From NCBI GenBank assembly GCA_038893835.1, contig JAWAQR010000011.1:1-36938 (forward strand): a DNA stretch of 36,938 nt, given 5' to 3'. Numbering within the stretch: the first letter of the stretch is position 1; each line of letters starts with the position of its first letter. This stretch comes from Archaeoglobaceae archaeon. Lineage in GTDB: Archaea > Halobacteriota > Archaeoglobi > Archaeoglobales > Archaeoglobaceae. Positions 9,881 to 19,120 of this stretch are shown here, in pieces. The position numbers and the translations under genes are program-made. The notes below the pieces were generated by a model. The model was given only the letters and a program-made list of their open reading frames with translations. It was not told the DNA's origin and made no database searches.

Positions 9881-10387
9881 GTGTGGATACTTGAAAATTG
9901 TATTATAAGGAGAGCAAGAAAGGAGGATTTAGCTAAAATCAAAAATTTCATGCAGAGTTTATCAGATTTCGAGAGATCTTATTTTTCTGAAGAATTCGAA
10001 TTTTTTGATTCAAACTCAGAAGTTTTGATTGCCGAAATTTCAGAGGAGATCGTTGGAATCGCTGTAATAAGATTTTACAGTGAAAAGGGTAGAAGGCATG
10101 TGGCGAACTTGCTGATAACGGTAAAGGAGGAACTTAGGGGGAAGGGAATTGGTTATAACCTCAATTTGGTTGCTGAGGAGGTTGCGCAGAGCAAGGGAGT
10201 GATCAAGCTGAAAATAGAGACTCCGACTTTTAACATATACCCAATAAGCAGAGCCGAGATCTGGGGTTATTGCAGGGAAGCCTATCTTGAAAAAGAGTTC
10301 TATTTAAATGGGAAATACTATGACGTGGTCGTACTTTCTAAGATGTTGCAGGCAAAGGTAAGATTTAATAACTTTCTATATGATTGA
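9881..10387 (+). CDS. GNAT family N-acetyltransferase
   Basis: IRRARKEDL; acetyl-CoA motif VKEELRGKGIG; NGKYYDVVVLSK tail. Confidence 0.85.
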   Translation: MWILENCIIRRARKEDLAKIKNFMQSLSDFERSYFSEEFEFFDSNSEVLIAEISEEIVGIAVIRFYSEKGRRHVANLLITVKEELRGKGIGYNLNLVAEEVAQSKGVIKLKIETPTFNIYPISRAEIWGYCREAYLEKEFYLNGKYYDVVVLSKMLQAKVRFNNFLYD

Positions 10388-10392
10388 TTAAT

Positions 10393-10833
10393 ATGGAAGA
10401 AGAGATCATAAGAAATAAAATCCGTGAGATGATATCACCCGAGTTATCGTCAATAGGTAGATGGGAACTGATAATTTCGGATGAGGATAAAAAGCCTTTG
10501 AAAGGAGATTTCTCTCTTTTAAAGATAAAAGAGATCATGGTCAAACCGAATTCTATAATAGTTCTGATAAATGTTTTGAAACATTACAGCGCAGAAGTCG
10601 TTGACTTGTTAATTTCAGAAAAAGGAGATAGGATAAATACAGCTGTAATATACTCTGAGACGGGAAAAATGATTAGAAAAGGCGAGGTAATTGGGATCGT
10701 AAAGATTTCAGATGCCGTTCCGATAGAGAAGAGTAGAATACTCGAATTTTTTAGGAAAATAAGGAGCACGATCGATGGATTTGAGAACGATATGGGAGAT
10801 ATATTTATAAAATCCCAGTGGCCAATTGTATAA
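10393..10833 (+). CDS. DUF22-like archaeal protein
   Basis: WELIISDED..KG....KIKEIMVKPNSIIV...H...IRKGEVIGIVK resembles the DUF22 consensus as recalled. Confidence 0.6.
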   Translation: MEEEIIRNKIREMISPELSSIGRWELIISDEDKKPLKGDFSLLKIKEIMVKPNSIIVLINVLKHYSAEVVDLLISEKGDRINTAVIYSETGKMIRKGEVIGIVKISDAVPIEKSRILEFFRKIRSTIDGFENDMGDIFIKSQWPIV

Positions 10834-10834
10834 T

Positions 10835-11704
10835 ATGTTTGAAAAAGTCTTCTTTCCAATCGATCTTTCGGAAGTATCAATTACATGCGCCCGAGCGATG
10901 AGAGAGTTAAGGAAATATGGGGCAAATGAAATAAAAATTTTTCACGCGCTTGAATATGAGCCAGATTCGCTGGTTGAGGGTGGAGTGGACGTTGAAAAAT
11001 TCATTTCCAAGCTTAAATCCAAAATCGAAGAAAAGCTTTATGAGATAAGCGAAGAATTATCTAGGGACTTTTCTGTGAGTTTTGAGGTCTTTCCAACGGT
11101 AAATCCAGTGACGGAAATCCTTAAAAGATCGGAAAACTATGATTTAATGCTGATACCTTCAAGGAGCAAGAGCTCACTTTTAGTTGGTAAAACTGCTGAA
11201 AAGGTTATCAGAAATGTCAAAATTCCATGTCTGGTCATAAAGGCGAGAGAGAATGCTGGTAGAAGTTACTACGAGCAGATTTTGAGAAACATATTTGAGA
11301 AACCGGTGTTGATACTAGAGCAGTTGAAGTTTGATCCAAAGGTTGTGGAGAGATTTTTGAATTTTGGGACTAAGGAAATAAAGCTGATCCATGTTGCTGA
11401 TCTGGACAATGTACTTGAAGAAAAAGTCAGTAAAGAAGAAATAATCCACCCTCTTGTCCCAATACCAAAACTGGCTGAAATACTGTCTGATTATTGGAAA
11501 AGGGCGAGAGAAGAACTGGAAAAGTTTAGGCATTACTTTACGATAAAAGGGGTCAATGCGAGTGTATACGTTGGTTTTGGTTCGATAGAGAAGTGCTTGG
11601 AGGTTTTGTCTAAGAGTGAGGGATTTAGCGTTGCTTTCTGTGAAAAGCAGAACTTTGAAAAAGTTTTAAAGGTTTCTGATGCAGTCTTTGTCGGCAGTCT
11701 TTAA
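10835..11704 (+). CDS. Tandem-domain universal stress protein
   Basis: MFEKVFFPIDLSE, LLVGKTAEKVIRNVKIPCLVIK; second degenerate USP domain. Confidence 0.85.
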   Translation: MFEKVFFPIDLSEVSITCARAMRELRKYGANEIKIFHALEYEPDSLVEGGVDVEKFISKLKSKIEEKLYEISEELSRDFSVSFEVFPTVNPVTEILKRSENYDLMLIPSRSKSSLLVGKTAEKVIRNVKIPCLVIKARENAGRSYYEQILRNIFEKPVLILEQLKFDPKVVERFLNFGTKEIKLIHVADLDNVLEEKVSKEEIIHPLVPIPKLAEILSDYWKRAREELEKFRHYFTIKGVNASVYVGFGSIEKCLEVLSKSEGFSVAFCEKQNFEKVLKVSDAVFVGSL

Positions 11705-11929
11705 GTTATTTTTTTCATGGAACTGTTTTGTCTGAATACTTCTTCTTCGACATCTTCGCTCTGTCGTAGATATGGAGCTGCTTCATAGTTCAGTACTGAT
11801 CACACTAAAATGGTGGAAAACGCTTAAGCACAGAATCTGCTCATAGGCTTATTCATTTTTTGAGCGGAATTTTACTCTTCGCCTAAAGAATTTTCCAATC
11901 CTTTTAAACTAAAAAATTGGACAGAGATT

Positions 11930-12103
11930 ATGGATCTTGAAAGCATTTTAGAAGATTTGAGGCAATTCAGGGACAAAAGAGACTAGATTAAGTTCCACAC
12001 GCCAAAGAATCTTGCTGGCTTAGATTTCGAAAAAGCTGTGAGAGAGAAGATAGCAAAGAATGAGGAGAGATTTTCAGCGGAGGACTCGTTTGAGAAAAGG
12101 TAA
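11930..12103 (+). pseudogene. MazG-like / dCTPase nucleotide pyrophosphohydrolase pseudogene
   Basis: MDLESILEDLRQFRDKRD*IKFHTPKNLA|GLDFEKAVREKIAKNEERF: TAG at the conserved Trp (11984-11986), and the central EAAELLE/DELADV catalytic segment is missing. Confidence 0.8.
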
Positions 12104-12151
12104 ATTTCAGAAAATTCAGAAAATTTTAAAAATACGGAAAAAACTGAACAC

Positions 12152-12394
12152 ATGCAATGCAGAATTTGTAAGCTCGAAGAGATCGTGACCATAGATCAAA
12201 GAGGACAAATTGTTTTGCCAAAAGAACTTCGTGAGAAGGCTGAGCTCAAAGCTGGAGACAAACTTGCAATTCTTTCAGCATGCGAGGAGAATGGAAAAGT
12301 TTGTTGTCTGATCTTAATGAGAACAGAAGTGATCGAAAAAATTGCTATTGAAAGGCTTTCTCCAATGCTAAAAGCGATTTTTGGAGGTGATTAA
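12152..12394 (+). CDS. AbrB/MazE/SpoVT-type DNA-binding protein, Cys-rich (HgcC-like)
   Basis: VTIDQRGQIVLPKELREKAELKAGDKL AbrB fold; N-terminal CxxC and GKVCC motif. Confidence 0.8.
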   Translation: MQCRICKLEEIVTIDQRGQIVLPKELREKAELKAGDKLAILSACEENGKVCCLILMRTEVIEKIAIERLSPMLKAIFGGD

Positions 12395-13441
12395 ATGCAA
12401 AAAAGAGAGCTTAGTTTAATCGAGAAATACCTTACAATTTGGATCTTTTTAGCCATAATCTTTGGAGTGGCTTTGGGCTACGTTTACCCAGAGATCTCGA
12501 TAATACTCTCAGCCATGAGCATCGACACGACTTCGATACCAATAGCGATCGGTTTGATTTTGATGATGTATCCACCGCTTGCTAAAGTAAAATACGAAGA
12601 AATGGGCAAAGTATTTAGCAATTTAAAGCTTCTCAGCTTTTCTCTGACTCAGAACTGGATTGTTGGACCAATTGTGATGTTCCTTCTTGCCATAGCTTTG
12701 CTTCGCGATTTTCCAGAGTTCATGATGGGTGTGATTCTCGTTGGCTTGGCGAGATGCATTGCAATGGTCATTGTTTGGAACGAGCTTGCCGAAGGAGACA
12801 GAGAGCTTGCTGTAGGCTTGGTTGCTTTCAACGCAGTATTCCAGATCCTTTTCTATGCGGTCTACATCTACATCTTCATAACCTTGGCTTTGACCAATTT
12901 AGGGCTTGCTGAAGGTGTAAACGCTGAAATCAGCATTGTTGATGCTGCAAAAACCGTTTTCATTTACCTTGGCATTCCCTTCATCGCTGGAATTATAACG
13001 AGGTTCACGAGTTTCAGATTAAAGGGCAAGGAATGGTTTGAAAACTTCTTAGCCCCGAAGATCAGTCCTATAACACCGATTGCCTTGCTTTTCACTATCG
13101 TTGTTATGTTCTCGCTCAAAGGAGAATACATCGTCGAACTGCCTTACAATGTTTTGAGGGTTGCAATTCCTTTAACGCTTTACTTCCTGATCATGTGGTT
13201 TGCAACTTTCTTCATAGCCTACAAGCTCGGCGTTGATTACCCTAAGACAACTGCGGTTTCATTCACAGCTGCGAGCAACGACTTCGAACTGGCAATAGCG
13301 GTTGCAATTGCGATCTGGGGGATAAACAGTGATCAGGCCTTTGCAACTGTAATTGGACCGCTGATAGAAGTTCCAGTGCTGATAAGCCTCGTAAACGTTG
13401 CTTTAAAGTTTAGAGAAAAGTTCTACGGCATCAAAACATAA
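12395..13441 (+). CDS. acr3: ACR3 family arsenite efflux transporter
   Basis: LILMMYPPLAKVKYE, QNWIVGP, GLARCIAMV, SNDFELAIAVAI, GPLIEVPV. Confidence 0.96.
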   Translation: MQKRELSLIEKYLTIWIFLAIIFGVALGYVYPEISIILSAMSIDTTSIPIAIGLILMMYPPLAKVKYEEMGKVFSNLKLLSFSLTQNWIVGPIVMFLLAIALLRDFPEFMMGVILVGLARCIAMVIVWNELAEGDRELAVGLVAFNAVFQILFYAVYIYIFITLALTNLGLAEGVNAEISIVDAAKTVFIYLGIPFIAGIITRFTSFRLKGKEWFENFLAPKISPITPIALLFTIVVMFSLKGEYIVELPYNVLRVAIPLTLYFLIMWFATFFIAYKLGVDYPKTTAVSFTAASNDFELAIAVAIAIWGINSDQAFATVIGPLIEVPVLISLVNVALKFREKFYGIKT

Positions 13442-13583
13442 TTTTTACTCTGCATCAAACCATTCATAATCCAAATCCAAGAAGTGCAGAATCAAAACTT
13501 CCTCTTTCCTCACGTGCAGATTCTGAACAGTAGCGTCTGCAAAGTTCAGTCATTATTCTGGGCGTGAAAGTTAAATTAAAAAA

Positions 13584-14198
13584 TTAAGTGATTGGAATTG
13601 AAGACATCAATTCGGTGAACCTTCTGACAGCAGCCATGTTTCTCATCATATAAGCCATGTCACCTTGTAATTTTAGCTTTCCTCCAACTATTAGTGTTAT
13701 AGCATCTGATTTTCCAGATACAAGCTGTTTAAACACGGCATATGGTCCAGAAAGCTTGAATTTGGCAGTAGTTTTCTCGTTTGGAGTCACGACTTGTAAA
13801 TTCCTTAGCTGTCCATGCCAGAAATCCATCCACATATAAAGGCCGGCTCCGCTTACTTCTTCAAGCTTTATGTTTGCAACTTTTTTTGCAAGTTCTTCAA
13901 AGTTCAGATTTGAAAGATCGTCTTCTATATAAACACCAAGTTTGTTTAAAAACTTCTCCTCGGCTCTCCCCTTGAATTCAACCCTTTTTTCTCTAGAAAT
14001 CGTATCAAGCATACTTAAAAATCCTCTGAGCTTTTCAGGGTTCTGAAAATCCTTTAAAGCTTCCGCATCGATAAAAACTGAAACTAGGAAATCCCCTTCC
14101 CAGTTTGCTGCAACCTTTTTGTAAAGTTCATCGCTGTTCACTTTTTTCAAAAGTTCATTTATCCATTCCTTGGATGGAAAAACGACCATCTCCATCAC
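13584..14198 (-). CDS. SCP2 sterol/lipid-binding domain protein with internal insertion
   Basis: FPSKEW...NWEGDF...DFWHG...GKLKLQGDMAYMMR SCP2-like motifs. Confidence 0.75.
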   Translation of the reverse strand: MMEMVVFPSKEWINELLKKVNSDELYKKVAANWEGDFLVSVFIDAEALKDFQNPEKLRGFLSMLDTISREKRVEFKGRAEEKFLNKLGVYIEDDLSNLNFEELAKKVANIKLEEVSGAGLYMWMDFWHGQLRNLQVVTPNEKTTAKFKLSGPYAVFKQLVSGKSDAITLIVGGKLKLQGDMAYMMRNMAAVRRFTELMSSIPIT

Positions 14199-14273
14199 CT
14201 TTCATTTTTGTAATTACATTTTAGTAAATTTGAATATAAGCTTATTGATCAAAAATTATTTTTATTAAAATTT

Positions 14274-14669
14274 TTATTCTAAATCTTTTATGAGCTCTAT
14301 GACTTTTCTTTCTATTTCTTTGAAAACTCTTTCGATAGTCGCGGGATCTTTACCTGCAACATCTTCTATTTGCCAAGAAATCACTCTTTTTTCCGTTGGT
14401 AAAACGATACAACTGCTCTCCTCACAAACGGTTACAATCAATTCATAATCGTCAAAATTCACTTCTTCAATACTTCTGGGCCTTTCTTTTGGCTTGAATC
14501 CTTTTTCTAAAAGAAATTTTGCCACTCCTTCATCTATTCTTTCAGCCTTTTCAACTCCAGCACTCTCTGCTTTCCATTTCTTTGCAAGACTGTTGAAGAT
14601 AGTTTCTGCAATAATACTCCTTGCGGTGTTGCGAATACAGACAAAGAGGACTTTATTTACTTTATCCAT
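14274..14669 (-). CDS. arsC: LMW-PTPase-family arsenate reductase
   Basis: VLFVCIRNTARSIIAE (CX5R P-loop), AESAG, VTVCEESSC. Start at ATG 14669 preferred over the track start. Confidence 0.85.
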   Translation of the reverse strand: MDKVNKVLFVCIRNTARSIIAETIFNSLAKKWKAESAGVEKAERIDEGVAKFLLEKGFKPKERPRSIEEVNFDDYELIVTVCEESSCIVLPTEKRVISWQIEDVAGKDPATIERVFKEIERKVIELIKDLE

Positions 14670-15140
14670 ATCCACTTCCCTTCGATAGCATATAAAAGCC
14701 TTGTGACTATTTTGCAAAGTAGATCACGATCCTCTCGAGTGTCTAACTGCAAGAACTTCGTCGACACTTTTAAAATCGTTCTCAATCTCATTCATGACCT
14801 CGATGTAAATGTCATCCACAGCGTCGTCGAGCTTTGACAACTTTAGCAGTTCTTTTGGATTTTCATAGCCTTCGAGAATCAGATCGAACATTCTCATCAC
14901 GGAAAGAGTGAAGCGAAAATCTTTTGCTAAGGGATTAAATCTTATTAAGATTCTTGCACAGTGGTCGTAGATTTTTATTTCCATTTAATCGCTCAACTCT
15001 TCGATTTTCGAAATATCCTTTACTACATCTCCATTTCCTTTCATCGCAACAAAGCAAGTGCTTACACTCTTCTTCGCAATTTCGTGCATTTCAAGGATTT
15101 CGGATCTCAAATTCTTTATTTCCTCATCAAGCGCCTTCAT
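14657..15140 (-). pseudogene. phoU: phoU pseudogene (in-frame stop, internal deletion, frameshifts)
   Basis: MKALDEEIKNLRSEILEMHEIAKKSV...ELSD*MEIKIYDHCARILIRFNPLAKDFRF; TAA at 14985-14987. The 3' end reads RH-LERI-DLLCKIVTRLLYAIEGKWIWIK* only after two frame corrections near 14725-14740. Confidence 0.85.
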
Positions 15141-15232
15141 ACCATCCTTCCTGTCAGGAATTCTTGCTTTTTCCTTGAGTCCGTCCAGAGCTTTTTCAGG
15201 TCCGCATGTATTAGCTTTCTGAAAAGCTTCAC
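15137..15232 (-). pseudogene. Probable pstB C-terminal remnant
   Basis: RKLIHADLKKLWTDSRKKQEFLTGRMV* resembles the PstB tail (..F/Y-L/I-TGR-FG); ATGA overlap with the phoU start. Confidence 0.55.
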
Positions 15233-15271
15233 CAAATGCAAAACTTTTAATAAATTTTATCGAGAAAATTT

Positions 15272-16564
15272 ATGGAGTTGAAGCATGGAGTCGATGATTT
15301 GCCAAGAATTTCAGAGCTTTTGCTGATCAGCATTCAATGGCTAATGATAATAGCTCCAATTTTGGTTATTGGGGGAAGAATTGTGGCGGAACTTCATTAT
15401 GACAATTCAATTGAAAAAATTGTTTACATGCAGAAAGTCTTTCTTATCTCTGGCTTGGGCTTGATACTTCAGGTCATTTTCGGTCACAAACTACCGCTAA
15501 TAACAGGGCCAGCAGCCGTCTTAATTGTTGGAATTTATGCAGCCCTAGAAAGCGGTTATGAAACAATTTATACCTCAATTTCAATTTGTGGAATTCTCAT
15601 TTTTCTCCTTGCGATAACTGGAAAGTTGGAAATCGTTCAAAGAATTTTTACACAGAATGTAATCTCTTTGGTCTTTCTTCTCATCGCATTCTCTCTTTCA
15701 CCTCTTATAATCGAGCTTTTGTCTTCAGAAGACCCCAAGGCTTGGGATTTTCTCTTTTTTATTTTATTTACTCTGATCTTAATCATCCTTAACTCTAGGC
15801 TTACGGGCTTTTGGAATTCCATACTCGTAATTCTGGCGATGTTTTTGGGTAGCATTTTTTACCATTTATTTCACACCATTGAGATCGAGTTTTACAGCTC
15901 AAAAAATCTCGAATTCCTGCACTTTATTTCTCAAACATCTTTTAGTCCAGAAATCTTTTTAGCATTTTTGCTTTGCTATGTAGCCTTAGTTGTGAACGAT
16001 TTAAGCTCAATGATCTCGCTTGGAAAGTTGCTGAATGTTGATAAATTGGAGAGAAGAGTTAGGAGAGGAATCATGATAACTGGTCTTTTAAATGCATTAT
16101 CAGGCTTTTTTGGTGTGATTGGACCAGTTAATTATGCCATGAGTCCAGGAATAATTGCCGTGATGAAAAGTGCATCGAGATTCGCTTTAATACCAGCTGG
16201 AATGATGATTTTGCTCATTGGTTTCTCACCATTTGCAATCTCCCTTTTCAATGCAATTCCAAAAGCAGTTATAGCCAGCATCTTCATGTTCATCCTAAGC
16301 TCCCAAGTTGCGATAGCTTTGAAGACTATGAAGGTTGAAAGCATTGAATCTGGGATAGTAATAGCCTTTCCTCTAATTCTCTGCATTCTTGTAACTTTTC
16401 TTCCATCTGAGATTTTCCCTTTATCTTTGAAACCTATCTTGGGTAATGGATTTTTCTTGGGGATAATCCTTGCAATCCTTCTTGAATATTTTCTCGTAAA
16501 AATTGCCAAAAGAAATAAATTCAATTCAGAGATCAGTTCTCATGGCAAAAAGGGTGACAGTTAA
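15272..16564 (+). CDS. NCS2 (uracil/xanthine) nucleobase permease
   Basis: LQVIFGHKLPLITGPAAV, YAMSPGIIAVMKSASRF, LKPILGNGFFLG. Confidence 0.85.
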   Translation: MELKHGVDDLPRISELLLISIQWLMIIAPILVIGGRIVAELHYDNSIEKIVYMQKVFLISGLGLILQVIFGHKLPLITGPAAVLIVGIYAALESGYETIYTSISICGILIFLLAITGKLEIVQRIFTQNVISLVFLLIAFSLSPLIIELLSSEDPKAWDFLFFILFTLILIILNSRLTGFWNSILVILAMFLGSIFYHLFHTIEIEFYSSKNLEFLHFISQTSFSPEIFLAFLLCYVALVVNDLSSMISLGKLLNVDKLERRVRRGIMITGLLNALSGFFGVIGPVNYAMSPGIIAVMKSASRFALIPAGMMILLIGFSPFAISLFNAIPKAVIASIFMFILSSQVAIALKTMKVESIESGIVIAFPLILCILVTFLPSEIFPLSLKPILGNGFFLGIILAILLEYFLVKIAKRNKFNSEISSHGKKGDS

Positions 16565-16724
16565 CAGAAGGAAATGCGCATATTGTGGCGCCTGCGTTGC
16601 TGTATGTAACCTCTTTGCCCTGGAACTGGTCGAAACTTTCCTTGAGATAAACGAAAATTGCAATGGTTGTGCAATTTGCGTTAAAGTTTGTCCTATGGGG
16701 GCTTTAAGCTTGGTGGAGGTGTGA
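16542..16724 (+). CDS. 2x[4Fe-4S] ferredoxin
   Basis: [11 protein letters not shown] and [12 protein letters not shown]; lies directly upstream of GGR. Confidence 0.92.
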   Translation: MAKRVTVNRRKCAYCGACVAVCNLFALELVETFLEINENCNGCAICVKVCPMGALSLVEV

Positions 16725-16725
16725 T

Positions 16726-17892
16726 ATGTACGACGTAATAGTTGTCGGTGCAGGACCAGCTGGAAGTATGGCTGCAAAGACCTGTGCTGAAAATGGACTC
16801 AACGTTTTGCTGATCGAGAAAAGACAGGAGATTGGCACTCCTGTGAGATGCGCTGAGGGGATTAGTAAGCAAGGATTGAGAAGGTTCTTAGAAATTGACA
16901 AAAAATGGATTGCTGCTGAAGTCATTGGAGCAAAAATCTATGCTCCAGATGGAACTGAAATCGTCATGGCTGAGGAAATGGCTGGAAATGAGGTTGGCTT
17001 TGTGCTGGAAAGAAAGATATTTGATCGTCATTTAGCAAGGCTTGCAGCGAAGGCTGGGGCTGAGGTCATTGTTAAGACTTCCTTTATCTCCTTTGAAAGA
17101 ATTGGTGGAAGATTGAGAGTTAAAATGAAAAGAATGGGCGAAGAATGGGAAGCTGAGACGAAGATTCTCATAGGTGCGGATGGTGTTGAAAGCAGAGTTG
17201 GTAGAATGGCTGGGATAATAAAGACGCTTAAGAAGAGCGAAATAGAGAGTTGTGCGCAATATCTCATGTCCAATCTTGACATTGACGAAAATTACACCTA
17301 TTTCTACCTTGGAAACGAGTTGGCTCCTGGAGGATATGCTTGGATATTCCCAAAGGGGAATGGTTGTGCAAACGTTGGCATTGGCGTTCTACCTTCAAAA
17401 GCGAAGGCAAATGCAAAGTATTATTTAGATAAATTTATAGAAAAATTTGAAATAAATGGTAAAGTTGTTGAACTAGTCTGTGGAGCTGTTCCGGTTTATG
17501 GAGAAATTGAAACTGCAGTTTCTGATAACATAATGCTTGCTGGAGATGCAGCTTATCACTCAGACCCGATCACAGGTGGAGGAATCGCAAACGCTTTAAG
17601 CGCTGGCTATCATGCTGGAATTGTTGCCAGTGAAGCTGTAAAGAAAGGGGACTTTTCAGCAAACTTTCTTAGGAGATATGATGAGCTATGGAAGTCCGAT
17701 TTTGGATGGAAGCTTAGAAGGAATAAGAAATTACAGGAATTCTTTTTAAAGCTCGACGACGCAGCTTTGAATAGCCTTGCGAGAAGCATAGCCGGGAAGA
17801 ACATAAGGGAGTTGAGTGTTCAGGCGATAGTGATGGAACTGCTCAAAAACAATCCCTCGCTGCTTGAAGCTCTGAAGGAAGTCCTATCTTAA
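16726..17892 (+). CDS. Digeranylgeranylglycerophospholipid reductase (geranylgeranyl reductase family)
   Basis: [41 protein letters not shown]. Confidence 0.92.
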   Translation: MYDVIVVGAGPAGSMAAKTCAENGLNVLLIEKRQEIGTPVRCAEGISKQGLRRFLEIDKKWIAAEVIGAKIYAPDGTEIVMAEEMAGNEVGFVLERKIFDRHLARLAAKAGAEVIVKTSFISFERIGGRLRVKMKRMGEEWEAETKILIGADGVESRVGRMAGIIKTLKKSEIESCAQYLMSNLDIDENYTYFYLGNELAPGGYAWIFPKGNGCANVGIGVLPSKAKANAKYYLDKFIEKFEINGKVVELVCGAVPVYGEIETAVSDNIMLAGDAAYHSDPITGGGIANALSAGYHAGIVASEAVKKGDFSANFLRRYDELWKSDFGWKLRRNKKLQEFFLKLDDAALNSLARSIAGKNIRELSVQAIVMELLKNNPSLLEALKEVLS

Positions 17893-18845
17893 TCTTTTTT
17901 TAGAACGTAAATTCTCCTAGTCAGTGAGCTGTGGACTCTGTGCTCTATTCTATAAAGAATGGACATGGGAAAATCCTTCAAATCGATGTTCGTAACGATT
18001 ACCGCTCTGCAATTTCTTTTAAGCACCCTTTTTATTTCCTCAAGACTCTTTTCATACAGATCATCATATCTAATCTTCCTCGTTGCCTTGAAATAGGGAT
18101 AATCCGTAACGATTCCGTCAAAAGCTCCATTTTTGAAAGGCATCTCCCTAACATCTCCCTGCAGAATCTCTCCATTCAGCTTCATGAATTCGAGATTTTG
18201 CCTGCAACCCTTCACTATGTCTCTGTAGTAATCCATTCCATATATCTCCAGCCCCATTAGGCCAGCTTCGATCAAAAATGAACCAGTTCCGCACATCGGA
18301 TCTAGGATCTTCCCTTTCCTAACAGAAGTCAAATTTACAAGTGCTTTTGCGAATTTTGGTAAAATAACAACCGGCATGAAAAATGGACGTAGATTTGGTT
18401 TTCTATCTAAGAATTGCTTTTTGTTCTGCTTGAACTTTAAAAACCCAATGTAGCAGTTCTCCCTTGTAATATAAACTCTCACAACAACTTCTGGGTTTTT
18501 AAGATTCACGGAATTTCCTTTTTTCCAAAGAATCTCTCCAAGTCTCCTTTCAAGACTATTATCTGACTTTATTCCAACTCCTGTAACTCTAACGCAAAAA
18601 GTTCCATCGACTTCGATTTTCGAAAACTCCATTTCCAGTTTTTCTGGCTTACATATGCTCATGAGTTCTATGACTTCGTGAGAAAAAGCCAGTCTATCAA
18701 AGAATTCGTTACCATCGAAGTTTATCGTCAAAATCCTACCATCTACAGAATATCCATTCAGTTTTCCAAAAGATTCAGCGAGGCTTAGAACTTCTGCAAT
18801 TGCAATATCCAAATTTTCTCCAGACAGTAAAAAAGAGTATCTCAT
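17889..18845 (-). CDS. trmG10: THUMP-domain tRNA m2(2)G10 methyltransferase (Trm11/TrmG10)
   Basis: THUMP region, [35 protein letters not shown]. Confidence 0.9.
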   Translation of the reverse strand: MRYSFLLSGENLDIAIAEVLSLAESFGKLNGYSVDGRILTINFDGNEFFDRLAFSHEVIELMSICKPEKLEMEFSKIEVDGTFCVRVTGVGIKSDNSLERRLGEILWKKGNSVNLKNPEVVVRVYITRENCYIGFLKFKQNKKQFLDRKPNLRPFFMPVVILPKFAKALVNLTSVRKGKILDPMCGTGSFLIEAGLMGLEIYGMDYYRDIVKGCRQNLEFMKLNGEILQGDVREMPFKNGAFDGIVTDYPYFKATRKIRYDDLYEKSLEEIKRVLKRNCRAVIVTNIDLKDFPMSILYRIEHRVHSSLTRRIYVLKKD

Positions 18846-19120
18846 TTCTTCTTTTTTCTTTCTCTGATCTCAGCTATTTTCTTTGCTATTTCGACCATCA
18901 GTTTCCTGTCTTTACTGTTTATAACAACTCTTCCACCCTCTTCCCACCAGCATCTTGGATATTTCTTGCTCTCAGCTTTGAATTCCAGTCCCAATTCTTG
19001 ACATGCTTGAATCAACTCCTGAAAGCGCACGTTTGGCACGGCGAATTTTTTCGAAATCTTTCTTCCCATTGCCCTACTCTTCTTTGCATCCAGATTTACA
19101 GTCCAGATAATCATCTTCAT
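18842..19120 (-). CDS. srp19: Signal recognition particle protein Srp19
   Basis: IIWTVNLDAKKSRAMGRKI...KKYPRCWWEEGGRV. Confidence 0.93.
   Translation of the reverse strand: MKMIIWTVNLDAKKSRAMGRKISKKFAVPNVRFQELIQACQELGLEFKAESKKYPRCWWEEGGRVVINSKDRKLMVEIAKKIAEIRERKKKK

Noticed and set aside
11705-11925. Possible additional gene remnant or sRNA
   Set aside because: The short minus-strand frames examined are unrecognisable, and no box motifs or strong stems were seen.
11984-11986. In-frame TAG as possible pyrrolysine or readthrough codon
   Set aside because: It is a one-base change from the conserved Trp codon, and the gene also lacks its catalytic core, so a pseudogene is the simpler explanation.
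14954-15281. Plus-strand ORFs of 74 and 106 aa
   Set aside because: Antisense to the phoU pseudogene and pstB remnant.
16542-17892. Ferredoxin-GGR pairing as novel
   Set aside because: Ferredoxin-dependent archaeal geranylgeranyl reductases are already described.
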